Source: Planctomycetota bacterium | GTDB taxonomy: Bacteria > Planctomycetota > UBA1135 > GCA-002686595 | Assembly (NCBI GenBank): GCA_047618565.1 | Contig: JBLHKW010000001.1 | Span: 99,019 to 163,018 of the forward strand | Length of the DNA: 64,000 bases | Direction: 5' to 3' | In this document: piece by piece, positions 1 through 8,538 of the stretch | Layout of the letters: every line of letters starts with the position of its first letter | Position numbering within the stretch: position 1 is the stretch's first letter | Made by a program: the position numbers and the translations under genes | Notes under the pieces: model-generated | Database searches by the model: none | What the model was told of the DNA's origin: nothing | The model's input: only the letters and a program-made list of their open reading frames with translations

Positions 1-192
1 AACAACGGACTGACCCTCAACGATCAGGCCGAGCAAGCCACGGACATCCCGCTGACGACCGTCTCGGTTTTCAGGGGGGCGACCGATGCGGTCTGCCACA
101 GCTTCAGCTTCTGGCTTGCCGAAGAGGGTTACGCCGGCATCAAGCAGACCGTCGACGCGTTCATCATCGTTCACTTTTCCGACGCTGAATAG
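1..192 (+). CDS. 3' end of a CDS entering from upstream of the window (product unknown)
   Basis: Frame 1 is open from base 1 to TAG 190-192 (..GATDAVCHSFSFWLAEEGYAGIKQTVDAFIIVHFSDAE*). Codons are GC3-rich and a hairpin plus T-run follows. No family recognised. Confidence 0.45.
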   Translation, partial: NNGLTLNDQAEQATDIPLTTVSVFRGATDAVCHSFSFWLAEEGYAGIKQTVDAFIIVHFSDAE

Positions 193-253
193 GGCGGGCT
201 ACAACGCCCGAGCGCCCTCAGCTCACCTGCTTGTCGACACGGATCAAACGTTT

Positions 254-291
254 CAGGCCCCGCTACACGGCCGGGCCTGGGGCGTTTTTTT
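254..291 (+). terminator. Rho-independent terminator-like hairpin with T-run
   Basis: CAGGCCC (254-260) pairs with GGGCCTG (273-279), followed by GGGCG and TTTTTTT (285-291), downstream of the partial CDS. Confidence 0.6.
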
Positions 292-329
292 GTGTCGACG
301 CACGTGGTTCTGGAATCCGCCCGCGGACA

Positions 330-1994
330 TCACTGTGACCGGATGAACATGTGGTCCACGAGGATCGTGTCGAGCTTGCTGCTGCCCGGCGTGCGGTCCG
401 TATCTCGCACGCGGATGTAGACGGTCCCGCTGGCTAACGCGGGCAGCGATGCCACCTGGTACGCACCGTCGTCACTGGTCTTGGTTACCGTCAGGAGGTC
501 CGTGTAGCTCGCGTCGTCATCGGACCATGCAAAGACGAAGTCGTCGCCCTCGCCGTTTCCAGAGTGGTGGGCCTGCACGTGCAGCTCGACCGAGTTGCCG
601 CCCTGGACCTCGACCGTCCATGTGTGCTCGAGCATACTCTGCCTGCTCGACTGAGGACCACCGGTGCGCTCCTCCCGGAGCTCCTCGTGCACGTCATTGG
701 CGGTACCCGTATCAACGTGATCGCCCCGGGTGATCGATCCGTCCGTGGTCGTCTCTCCGTCTGCCACGTCCTCGCTGGCTCCGGCGCCGGGCGTGGTGTC
801 GGATGCCACATTGGAGTGGTCCGATACTCCGACAACATTTTGGGACCGCACCCGGTAGTAGTAGGTGGTCGAGTCCATCAGGCCCGTGTCCAGGTAGCTG
901 GTGACGTCATGTTCGACGTTGCAGATCTGGCTGAAGGAGGTGCCGTCGGACGACCGCTCGATCTCGAAGCCATCCTCATCCGGGGAGTTGTCGGCCCAGT
1001 CGAGCTCGATCCAGGCACTGGACGTCGCGGAAGCGGTGAGTCCTGTGGGTGCGATCGGCGGCAATGCCGTCGATGTCGTCCGGATGAACATCTGGTCGAT
1101 GAAGATCGTGTCGAGCTCGCGGTCAGTGCGGCTGCGGTCCGTGTCCATAACCCGGACGTAGATCGTCCCGCCTACAGCGCCCGGCAGGGTGACCGACTGG
1201 TACGCGCCATCGTCGACAATCTTGGTGACCGTCAACATGTCGATGAATCCGCTACCAGGCGTGGCACACGCGAAGACAAAGTCGTCACCATCCACGGATT
1301 GCGTGTGGTGCGCGCGGATGAAGAATGTCGCACTGCCGGAGTCCGGGACCGTGAACGACCAGCGGTGCTCGAGCAAGCTACGGCGCTTGTGCGGGCTTCC
1401 GCCACTCTCCTCCTCCTGAATAGCCTGGGTCACTCCGTCGTCGGCGTGGGTGTCGTGATAGGAGCCCGAGACGAATCCGCGCGTCGTGGAATCGCCATCC
1501 GCGACGGTGTCCACCGGCTCACACGCATTCGGCACACCGTTACCGTCGTCATCGGGGTCGCATCCGTCGGGGACTCCATTCTCATCGCAGTCCTCAAAGC
1601 CCTCGCACTCGTCGGGCACACCGTTTCCGTCGCAATCATGCTCGAGGTCGTCCGGAACCCCGTCGCCGTCGCAGTCGGGGTCGGCCATCGTGCCGCACGC
1701 CAGGGCCACGGGCGCGGCATATAGCGTGAGGTCGAAGGACGCGAACGAGACGGCCTGCGTCTCGTCGGAGGACGCCAGGTCCTGCTCATCTTCCACGCTT
1801 TCGACCCGCGCTTCAGCTGCGGATCGTGCCTTGGCGTCCGGGTTATTCGCCTGGCTGGGTTCGCCGTATTGTTCGACCTCCTCCCGGACCTGGAATGTCC
1901 TCAAAGGGCTGGAAGTAGCGGCCAACTCCAGATCCGACGTCAAGAATGAGGGCAGAATACTGGCCACGATGGCAGCGATAACGGGGTTGAACAT
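330..1994 (-). CDS. Secreted/anchored protein: thrombospondin type-3-like Ca-binding Asp repeats, one fibronectin type III domain and two copies of a ~140-aa uncharacterised module
   Basis: 554-aa ORF with a hydrophobic N-terminus. DxDxDGxxD runs are present (DPDCDGDGVPDDLEHDCDGNGVPDECE..DENGVPDGCDPDDDGNGVPN). The FN3-like segment reads PTGLTASATSSAWIELDWADNSPDEDGFEIERS..YYYRVRSQN. An internal duplication ends in DTDR..LDTI.(V/I)D.MFIR. Confidence 0.85.
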   Translation of the reverse strand: MFNPVIAAIVASILPSFLTSDLELAATSSPLRTFQVREEVEQYGEPSQANNPDAKARSAAEARVESVEDEQDLASSDETQAVSFASFDLTLYAAPVALACGTMADPDCDGDGVPDDLEHDCDGNGVPDECEGFEDCDENGVPDGCDPDDDGNGVPNACEPVDTVADGDSTTRGFVSGSYHDTHADDGVTQAIQEEESGGSPHKRRSLLEHRWSFTVPDSGSATFFIRAHHTQSVDGDDFVFACATPGSGFIDMLTVTKIVDDGAYQSVTLPGAVGGTIYVRVMDTDRSRTDRELDTIFIDQMFIRTTSTALPPIAPTGLTASATSSAWIELDWADNSPDEDGFEIERSSDGTSFSQICNVEHDVTSYLDTGLMDSTTYYYRVRSQNVVGVSDHSNVASDTTPGAGASEDVADGETTTDGSITRGDHVDTGTANDVHEELREERTGGPQSSRQSMLEHTWTVEVQGGNSVELHVQAHHSGNGEGDDFVFAWSDDDASYTDLLTVTKTSDDGAYQVASLPALASGTVYIRVRDTDRTPGSSKLDTILVDHMFIRSQ

Positions 1995-2336
1995 GTCAGA
2001 TACAGGCTTGGGGCGAGGGCCCTTTTGCTACGTGGAGACGTAGGCGTGAATCTTCAAGTAGAAGCGGCGTTCGAAAAACCGTCAACCCCATCCCATGCCG
2101 GTGCCTCGATCTCGTCGTGAAAACGGCTTGCATTGGCCCTCAGGACGCGTTCGCGGGAGCGGGGCAGCGCCCGCGAGCTTCGAAGCGCCGTTCATGGCAT
2201 CTCAGGGTCGGTCCAGGCGAGGAAAGTGGTAAAGATTGCCGTGATTGCGACATAAGTTATCGTTTAGCGGCTATGTTCAGTGCCCGATGTCGTATGTGGA
2301 AGCGAGTCCGTCCGCCAAACCCACAGGAGATGTCCC

Positions 2337-2633
2337 ATGGAGCAGATCGCGTCCCCGGAATCCAAGTTGTCGAGCGTCGAGCATGGAGCCGTGAGCTTCA
2401 GGGTGCTTGCCATCACCTTCGCAGGTCTGGGGGTCGTGCTCGGCGGGGTGGCCGTCGTCTCGGCTCTCGCGCCGGTGGGGGCGGATATTGAGCTCCTGGA
2501 CGCGCTGGTCAGGTCCCTCACCCCGGCCCTGAATTGTGCGATCTGCTTGATGCTCTTCTCGTTTCTCAGTCGCTTCAGCACGCTCTTCTGCACGACAGCT
2601 GCGTTGATACGCGAGATGCGTGAGGTCATCTAG
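2337..2633 (+). CDS. Small membrane protein (DUF2975-like partner of a YozG-type regulator)
   Basis: ATG 2337 is preceded by AGGAGA at a 7-nt spacing. Two hydrophobic helices are present. Only 2 nt separate its stop from the downstream HTH gene, the usual DUF2975/HTH pairing. Confidence 0.6.
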   Translation: MEQIASPESKLSSVEHGAVSFRVLAITFAGLGVVLGGVAVVSALAPVGADIELLDALVRSLTPALNCAICLMLFSFLSRFSTLFCTTAALIREMREVI

Positions 2634-2635
2634 GC

Positions 2636-2872
2636 GTGCCGATCAAAGTGCGGCTGGACGTCCTCATGGCCCTTCGCAAGGTGCGTGGGCTGGACCTGGC
2701 GAAGCGCGTCGGGATCACGCCCGCAAACCTGAGCAAGTTGAAATCCGGTCCCGTCAAGGCGATCCGCTTCTCAACCCTCGACGCTCTGTGTCGCGAGCTG
2801 CAATGCCAGCCGGGGGAACTGCTCGAGTATCAGGAAGCCGATGCCGTGGCCACGGACGGCGACGGAGATTGA
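2636..2872 (+). CDS. XRE/Cro-C1 family helix-turn-helix transcriptional regulator (YozG-like)
   Basis: 78 aa: MPIKVRLDVLMALRKVRGLDLAKRVGITPANLSKLKSGPVKAIRFSTLDALCRELQCQPGELLEY matches the short YozG-type HTH pattern. Confidence 0.9.
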   Translation: MPIKVRLDVLMALRKVRGLDLAKRVGITPANLSKLKSGPVKAIRFSTLDALCRELQCQPGELLEYQEADAVATDGDGD

Positions 2873-2958
2873 CGCCGGCGGTCCACGCCCTGCGGGGCGC
2901 GCGCAGACCGGCCCAGGATCTGGCCAACATCCCCATCGTCCGCGGCGTACGGTAGTGG

Positions 2959-3567
2959 ATGCGCACCATGATCCTGTTCGCCTCCGCGTTCCTCGTGTCC
3001 TGCTCTGCCACCGCGACTGCACCGGTGGAAAGCGATCCTCGCATCGCGAAGGTCGAAGCCTTCCGCGAGCTTCGAAGCATGGGGGACCGTGAGGCCGCCC
3101 GCGCACTGCTCAGCGCGGATGCCCGCATCTGGTGGGGCGAGAGGGATGGCCCCGGGTCCCCGTGGAGTCTGGAGGGTGGCCCCTGGAGCGACTGGGACGA
3201 TCATTTCGATGGATCGGCGAAGAGCGTGACGCCGTGGACGGCGGACGGCGAGCGCGTCTGGGCGGACATCCTCGAGAACAACGACTATTACAGGCTGACG
3301 GAGAGCCAGGCCCGAGCGTGGCGGGCGGTCTACTTCCTCGACAACGATGGGGCCATCGCCGGATTCCTTGTGGCCTCCTTGCCGCGGCCCGAAACGGACT
3401 CCAGCCGCGCCGACGAGTTCGAAGCGTGGGCTGTGCGGAACCGAGGCGCCGAGGCCGAGTACCTGATGCCGGGTGGCGAGATCGACCCCACGGGCGACCG
3501 GCCGGCGCGCATGCGCTCCTTGCTGAACGAGTGGCGTGCCGACGTGGGGCTACCCGCGCTCGACTGA
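2959..3567 (+). CDS. Hypothetical lipoprotein
   Basis: 202 aa with a signal peptide and lipobox (FASAFLVSC). Composition and GC3 look coding. No family recognised. Confidence 0.7.
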   Translation: MRTMILFASAFLVSCSATATAPVESDPRIAKVEAFRELRSMGDREAARALLSADARIWWGERDGPGSPWSLEGGPWSDWDDHFDGSAKSVTPWTADGERVWADILENNDYYRLTESQARAWRAVYFLDNDGAIAGFLVASLPRPETDSSRADEFEAWAVRNRGAEAEYLMPGGEIDPTGDRPARMRSLLNEWRADVGLPALD

Positions 3568-3572
3568 CGCGC

Positions 3573-3646
3573 CCAGGAAGCCGTTGAAAAAGTCATCCGG
3601 ATGCTACTGCCCTGGCATTTGGAGCACTTTATCAACAGCCTCCTGG
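3573..3646. repeat. Miniature (74 bp) member of the GTTGAAAAAGT palindromic repeat family
   Basis: The termini CCAGGAAGCCGTTGAAAAAGT and ACTTTATCAACAGCCTCCTGG are inverted repeats. The element fills the gap between two convergent stop codons (3565-3567 and 3648-3650). Confidence 0.6.
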
Positions 3647-3647
3647 C

Positions 3648-5075
3648 TCAGGCGCGCGCCTCGAGGGGCGGGCGCGAGCGCCAGCGGCCACGGGTGAAAT
3701 CGGGGATGTCGACGGGGCGGGATCGGTCGCCGTTGCTGATCTCGGTGCAGTGCGTGATCACGCTCAGGGCGGCCCCATCGTAGACGTCCATGTCCATGGC
3801 CTCGCCATGGTTGAGGGACTCGATCAGGCGCACGTCCTCGAAGAAGTCCATTCCGCCGTGACCAGCACCCTTGGCCGCTGCGGCGAGGCGCGTGTAGAGC
3901 GGGTGCTCGAACTTGTCCGCGTGGTCCATCAGCTTGTCCCACTGATGCGGCTCGCTGACCCCCTCGATGTAGATCCGGTCGGGGTAGCCCTGCACGATGC
4001 CCCGGGTGCCCTGGACGATGTTGATGCGCGAGTAGGGCCGCGGCAGATTGCAGTCGTGTCCGACGGTGATCGTGTGGCCCAGCCTGGTCTTGATCATGCA
4101 GAAGTTGACGTCACCGAGCTCGTAGGTCTCCGAACGGACGGGATGGTCCTCGGGGAAATGCTCCAGGGCGTAGTCCTGCAGGCCGCGTGAGGTCGAGCTC
4201 ATGGACACCAGGTAGTCGAAGGCGTCGCCGCGGTTGATGTTCATGACCTGTGCTACCGGGCCCAGACCGTGGGTCGGGTAGAGGTTCGCATCGCGCTCCA
4301 TCGAGTGCTTCCTGCGCCACACGCCCTCGCCATCCATGTCGTGCTTGACGCCGCGCAGGTCGTGCATGTACCCGGCTTCGGCGTGGACGATCTCGCCCAG
4401 GACGCCCTGGCGCGCCATGTTCAGCACCATCATCTCCGAGCGGCCGTAGCAGCAGTTCTCCATCATGACGCAGTGCCGCTGCGTGCGCTCGGCCGTGTCG
4501 ACCAGCTGCCAGCACTCGTCGATCGTCAGCGCCATCGGCACCTCCGTCGCGGCGTGCTTGCCGTTCTCCATCGCTGCCAGGCAGATCGGAACGTGCCAGC
4601 GCCAGGGCGTCGCGGTGTAGACCAGGTCCACGTCATCCGACGCGCACAGGTTCTTCCAGTCCGTCTCGCCGGCAGTAAAGAGCTTGGGGCGCGGGAAGCC
4701 GGCCTTCTCGACCTTGTCGGCATTGCTCTCCGCGCGTCCCGGCACGACGTCGCACAGGGCCGTGATGCGGCAACCGGGGATCTTGACCAAGTTGTTGATG
4801 TGCGCCGACCCCATGCCGCCGACGCCCACGAAGCCAATCCGAACCTCCTCGATGGGGGCCGCGGCAAACAACTCTTCGGGGGCTGGCTCCTGTTTGCCCG
4901 TGGTGCCGGTGCCTGTGCTCGAACAGGACGAGAGCGACATGCCTCCCAGGGCCGTCCCGAGCCCCGTGAGGGCCGTGAACTTCATGAAATCCCGCCGATC
5001 GTTCGAGAGCGAGTCGCCACGCGGCTCGGTGTGGCGGAGGCTGGCGGCTCGGTCGGGGTGATCAGGGCGCGTCAT
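3648..5075 (-). CDS. GH109-like NAD-dependent alpha-N-acetylgalactosaminidase (Gfo/Idh/MocA fold) with Tat signal
   Basis: A twin-arginine motif (DRRDFMKF) requires the start at ATG 5075. The Rossmann segment is VRIGFVGVGGMGSAHINN. The stretch TPWRWHVPICLAAMENGKHAATEVPMALTIDECW..MMENCCYGR..LNMARQGVLGEIVHAEAGYMHDLR closely follows the GH109 pattern. Confidence 0.9.
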   Translation of the reverse strand: MTRPDHPDRAASLRHTEPRGDSLSNDRRDFMKFTALTGLGTALGGMSLSSCSSTGTGTTGKQEPAPEELFAAAPIEEVRIGFVGVGGMGSAHINNLVKIPGCRITALCDVVPGRAESNADKVEKAGFPRPKLFTAGETDWKNLCASDDVDLVYTATPWRWHVPICLAAMENGKHAATEVPMALTIDECWQLVDTAERTQRHCVMMENCCYGRSEMMVLNMARQGVLGEIVHAEAGYMHDLRGVKHDMDGEGVWRRKHSMERDANLYPTHGLGPVAQVMNINRGDAFDYLVSMSSTSRGLQDYALEHFPEDHPVRSETYELGDVNFCMIKTRLGHTITVGHDCNLPRPYSRINIVQGTRGIVQGYPDRIYIEGVSEPHQWDKLMDHADKFEHPLYTRLAAAAKGAGHGGMDFFEDVRLIESLNHGEAMDMDVYDGAALSVITHCTEISNGDRSRPVDIPDFTRGRWRSRPPLEARA

Positions 5076-5184
5076 GTTCTGGGGGGTCCGGCAAGGGGCC
5101 AATCGGGGGCAGCTGGTCAGCGAGCTTCCGGACTGTAGCATCAGGGCCGTTCCGAGCACGTGCCACGTTTCTCCTACACCCTCG

Positions 5185-6852
5185 ATGACCATGGGAATCA
5201 CGACCAGAGCTCTCACCTATCTGCTTCCAGCGATCCTCTGCGGCAACGCGTCCGTCGGAGCCTTCGGCGCACAGGTGCCCATGGACAATTCTCCAGGCGC
5301 GCTGGGTCTGATCCCGATGCCGCAGATCCTGGAGCGGGCTGCCGGTGAGTTCCGCATGGTGGCGAGCACGAGCATCGCCTTCACGGAAGCGTCCGCGCGC
5401 CCCGTCGCCGAGTATCTCGCTGGCCGACTACGACCGGCGACGGGGTTGGCGCTGGAACTCGTCGAGAGCCGACTCGCCGCGGGGGCGATCCAGCTGAACC
5501 TGAGAGCGGAGCTTGTACAGAGGCTCGGCACCGAAGGCTACACGCTCGAGTGCAAGCCGGACGGAGTGGCCCTCACCGCCGGCACTCCCGCGGGACTCTT
5601 CTACGGATGCCAGACCCTGTGCCAGTTATTGCCGCCAGCCATCGACAGTCCATCTCGCGTAGCCGACGTGGACTGGGTCGCAGCCTGCGTACGCATCGAG
5701 GATCAGCCGCGTTTCGAGTGGCGTGGTTTGATGCTCGACACGGCGCGCCACTTCTTCCCGGTCGAGTTCGTGAAGCGTTGCATCGACCTGATGTCGCGCC
5801 ACAAGCTGAATCGATTCCACTGGCACCTGACCGAGGATCAGGGCTGGCGCATCGAGATCCTGGCGCACCCTGAACTGACCCTGGTGGGTTCGCGGCGCAA
5901 GGAGACACCGATACCGAGTGACCGCGGGCGTGGTGATGGTCAGCCCCATACGGGCTTCTACACCCAGGCCGAGATTCGCGAGGTGGTCGCGTACGCCGCA
6001 GAACGCTTCGTCACCGTGGTGCCCGAGATCGAACTGCCCGGGCACGCGCTGGCCGCCCTCGCGACCTACCCCGAGATATCCTGCACGGGCGGGCCGTTCG
6101 ACGTTGGCACCCGCTGGGGCGTGCACGAGGATGTGTACTGCGCCGGGAACGAGGCCACGTTTGCGTTCCTGGAGAGCGTCCTGGCGGAGGTTGTCGAGCT
6201 CTTCCCCGGTGCTTTCGTTCACATCGGTGGTGACGAGTGTCCAAAGGCGCGCTGGAAGGAGTGCGCGAAATGCCAGGCCCGCATGCGCGAGAACGAGCTG
6301 AAAGACGAGCACGAGCTGCAGGCCTATTTCATCGAGCGCGTGGGACGTTTTTTGAACGCGCGTGGCAAGCGCTTGCTCGGCTGGGATGAGATCCTGGAGG
6401 GCCGGCTCGCACCGGGCGCGACGGTCATGAGCTGGCGTGGCGTCGAAGGGGGGGTCGCGGCGGCCAACATGGGACACGATGTGGTCATGAGCCCGACCTC
6501 GCACTGCTACTTCGACTACTACCAGTCCGAGGATCGGGACGCGGAGCCGCCGGCGATCGGAGGGCTCCTGTCTCTGGAGAAGGTCTACAGCTTCGAGCCG
6601 CTCCCACCACAGCTCGACGAGGCGGGTGCGCGCCATGTGCTCGGCGCCCAGGGCAACCTCTGGACCGAGTACGTTCAGAATGCGGCGCAGGCCGAGTACA
6701 TGGCCTTTCCGCGAGCGGCCGCCCTGGCCGAGCGCGTCTGGTCGTCGAGGGACGCGCGCGACTTTGGCGATTTCCGTCGGCGTATGGCGCGCCACGCGAA
6801 GCGCCTGGATGCCATGGGAGTGAACTATCGCAAGCTCGATGGGGGCGACTGA
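5185..6852 (+). CDS. GH20 beta-N-acetylhexosaminidase, secreted
   Basis: The signal peptide runs from ATG 5185 (MTMGITTRALTYLLPAILCGNASVGAFG). GH20 hallmarks are RGLMLDTARHF, FHWHLTEDQGWR and HIGGDE. Confidence 0.9.
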   Translation: MTMGITTRALTYLLPAILCGNASVGAFGAQVPMDNSPGALGLIPMPQILERAAGEFRMVASTSIAFTEASARPVAEYLAGRLRPATGLALELVESRLAAGAIQLNLRAELVQRLGTEGYTLECKPDGVALTAGTPAGLFYGCQTLCQLLPPAIDSPSRVADVDWVAACVRIEDQPRFEWRGLMLDTARHFFPVEFVKRCIDLMSRHKLNRFHWHLTEDQGWRIEILAHPELTLVGSRRKETPIPSDRGRGDGQPHTGFYTQAEIREVVAYAAERFVTVVPEIELPGHALAALATYPEISCTGGPFDVGTRWGVHEDVYCAGNEATFAFLESVLAEVVELFPGAFVHIGGDECPKARWKECAKCQARMRENELKDEHELQAYFIERVGRFLNARGKRLLGWDEILEGRLAPGATVMSWRGVEGGVAAANMGHDVVMSPTSHCYFDYYQSEDRDAEPPAIGGLLSLEKVYSFEPLPPQLDEAGARHVLGAQGNLWTEYVQNAAQAEYMAFPRAAALAERVWSSRDARDFGDFRRRMARHAKRLDAMGVNYRKLDGGD

Positions 6853-6855
6853 GGA

Positions 6856-6999
6856 TCAGGATTCGCTGCGCCGCCTGAGCTCGGCCAGCATGCCGCGCAG
6901 ATCACGCCATCCGCCGACGGTGACGACGACGGCGAGTAGCGCGAACCCGGAGGCGCTTGCGATCAGGACGATGGCCCAGAAGCGGATCCAGAAATCCAC
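6856..6999 (-). CDS. Possible 47-aa single-pass membrane peptide translationally coupled to the symporter
   Basis: GTG 6999 directly abuts the symporter stop (TAGGTG). The product is VDFWIRFWAIVLIASASGFALLAVVVTVGGWRDLRGMLAELRRRSES*. GC3 is high. It is absent from the ORF track because it is shorter than 60 aa. Confidence 0.4.
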   Translation of the reverse strand: MDFWIRFWAIVLIASASGFALLAVVVTVGGWRDLRGMLAELRRRSES

Positions 7000-8538
7000 C
7001 TAGTGGCTCCCTTGTGCGGTTCGTGGGTCGGGAAACAACAGGGAACCGAGCACCATCAGGACCAGCGCAGCGCCGGTCGCGCACAGGCCGACGGTCTCGC
7101 TCGCCAGCGATATTCCGAGCAAGCCCTGGATCGGTGCCAGGCCAAGTACGGCCGTGCTGCCCGCGGTGAGGGCCAGATAGGCGCCAACGCGGCTGGCGCG
7201 TGGCCAGTAGAGGCCGAAGAGCAACAGCGCGAAGGCCCCGGTGAAGTAGATGGCGCCCGTGACGGCCATGTAGTCCCACAGATCCTGGCCGAGCGGAAAC
7301 CACAGGCTCCAGATCAGCAGGAAGGCACCGATCGCGATGATGAAGGCGCGCGTGAGCTTGAGCTCAGCGCGTTCGCTGAGTCCACCGCGGCGTGCAGGGC
7401 CAACCACGTCGTGCGCCAGGACCGTGGCCCAGCAGAGCAGGTAGCTGTCGTGGGTCGACATGAACGCCGCCAGCATCCCCGCGGCGATGATGCCGATCAC
7501 GCCGACCGGCAGGACCTGGCTCAAGAAAATCGGCATGGCCTGCATCGTGACCAGAGGATCTGCCACGGGCGCGCCCGCGGAAGTGAAGAAGGTCGAACGC
7601 GCCAGGTCCGAGTTCCAGAAGAACGACAGGGCGCAGATGCCCAGGAACTGGGGCAGCAGGAAGCGCACCAGGAAGCCGACGGACGACCAGGCGTAGAGTC
7701 GTTTGACGACCTCGGTGCTCGATGCGGCACAGGCACGCATGACCGCCGTCTGCCAGACAGCGCATGACACGATGCCGGCGGTGAAGATCATCCACACCAC
7801 GTAGTCGGCTCCGAACCCATCCGCGTGCAGCGGATCGAAGCCCGCCTCGCCGTGCACGGTCTCAACGGTCTTGACGATCGACTCCCAGCCCAGGTGATCG
7901 AGGGCGAAGTAGCAGGCCAGGAGCATGCCGAAGGAGAGCACGACGAACTGCACGTAGTCCGTGATGACGACCGCGACCATGCCGCCCATCGTGGTGTAGA
8001 AGAGCACGAGCAGGATCAGGGCCGTCATCACGAACTTGACCATCGTGGGGTCCGTCAGGCCCGTCATGCCGGTCACGAACAGGGCGCCCGCCTTCAGGAA
8101 CAGCCCCATGTTCAGGATGCCGGAGAGCGCCAGCAGCAGGCCCCCCGCAATGCGCACGCCGCGACCGAAGCGGCGCTCGTAGAACTCGGGGATCGTCATC
8201 ACTCGCATCCGTCGCAGGGGCACGACGATGAAGCCGGTCATGCCCACGATCAGGGTCACGACGCCCGCCACCAATCCGATGTGGAAGGCTGCGAAACCGC
8301 CCGTGAAGCCTTTCTGGGCCGAGTACATGACCGTCACCAGGCCGAGTTCGGAGCCGACCATGGTCGCCACACCGATCATCGACTTGAGCGATCGGCCCGC
8401 GACGACGTAGTCCGCCAGCGTTCCGACGTAGCGATTGACGCGGATGCCGATCCAGAGGGTTGCGAGCAGATATCCGGCGACGATGATCCAGTCGATCGTC
8501 CCGAACGTCTCCCGCAGGCCGAGGGCAGAGAGGTCCAC
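7000..8538 (-). CDS. Sodium:solute symporter family (SSF) transporter
   Basis: 512 aa, polytopic, with an SSF-like N-terminus (DWIIVAGYLLATLWIGIRVNRYVGTLADYVVAGRSL). The GTG start overlaps the upstream kinase stop by 1 nt. Confidence 0.9.
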   Translation of the reverse strand: MDLSALGLRETFGTIDWIIVAGYLLATLWIGIRVNRYVGTLADYVVAGRSLKSMIGVATMVGSELGLVTVMYSAQKGFTGGFAAFHIGLVAGVVTLIVGMTGFIVVPLRRMRVMTIPEFYERRFGRGVRIAGGLLLALSGILNMGLFLKAGALFVTGMTGLTDPTMVKFVMTALILLVLFYTTMGGMVAVVITDYVQFVVLSFGMLLACYFALDHLGWESIVKTVETVHGEAGFDPLHADGFGADYVVWMIFTAGIVSCAVWQTAVMRACAASSTEVVKRLYAWSSVGFLVRFLLPQFLGICALSFFWNSDLARSTFFTSAGAPVADPLVTMQAMPIFLSQVLPVGVIGIIAAGMLAAFMSTHDSYLLCWATVLAHDVVGPARRGGLSERAELKLTRAFIIAIGAFLLIWSLWFPLGQDLWDYMAVTGAIYFTGAFALLLFGLYWPRASRVGAYLALTAGSTAVLGLAPIQGLLGISLASETVGLCATGAALVLMVLGSLLFPDPRTAQGSH

